Shown here in pieces: positions 63,766 through 64,000 of a stretch of 64,000 nucleotides of DNA (position 1 is the stretch's first letter; each line of letters opens with the position of its first letter). This DNA is from Felis catus (taxonomy: Eukaryota). The notes under the pieces are model-generated. The model did not search any database. It worked only from the letters and a program-made list of their open reading frames with translations, and was not told where the DNA came from. A program made the translations under genes and the position numbers. Where the stretch lies: assembly GCF_018350175.1 (NCBI RefSeq), contig NC_058368.1:167650001-167714000 (forward strand), read 5' to 3'.

Positions 63766-64000
63766 ATCAGATCTTTCTTATCTAAACTTTAATTTATAGG
63801 AATTTGGGGAATTTTTGAGGCTGAGATCCCTTCAACAAAATGACTCATACTCATGGTAAGGCCTAGGCCCTTCTCTGTCCACACACCCTGAGATCTAAGA
63901 GAAAATGACTACCATGCATTTCTCCCCATCCTTGGCTGCTCCATGGAACTGATGGCTGGATGAGATTACCAGAGTAAACCTATCTGATAACAATATTTTT

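Noticed and set aside
1..64000. tRNA genes, snRNA/7SL/Y RNA copies, CRISPR arrays, NUMTs, non-retroviral viral inserts
   Set aside because: None recognised by eye; tRNA-like A/B boxes all belong to SINE heads. A covariance-model or BLAST search would be needed to exclude degraded copies

Overview
Mammalian genomic DNA, AT-rich and repeat-dense. It is almost certainly felid, because it carries about 25 tRNA-derived carnivore SINEs, several of the young cat SINEC_Fc type. No intact multi-exon protein-coding gene is recognisable. The clearest gene-derived features are two full-length processed pseudogenes on the minus strand, HMGB2 (~6.1-7.3 kb) and GAR1 (~31.3-32.3 kb). Each has target-site duplications, a mutated start codon and frameshifts. 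Most of the rest is layered transposon debris: two long internally deleted L1s, shorter L1 3' ends, an ERV1-type solo LTR, a MaLR LTR with internal sequence, hAT-Charlie MITEs, and MIR, L2 and L3/CR1 relics. The most interesting non-repeat signal is at the far left on the minus strand. A TATA box, an ATG-free first exon with a donor, and a 16-nt micro-exon carrying the first ATG suggest the 5' end of a gene that runs off the window. Other oddities are a ~100-bp fold-back palindrome in an L1 microsatellite, SINE pile-ups, and several unverified motif and exon candidates. I see no convincing evidence of a novel biological system. Repeat subfamily names are from recalled consensus similarity, not from a search.
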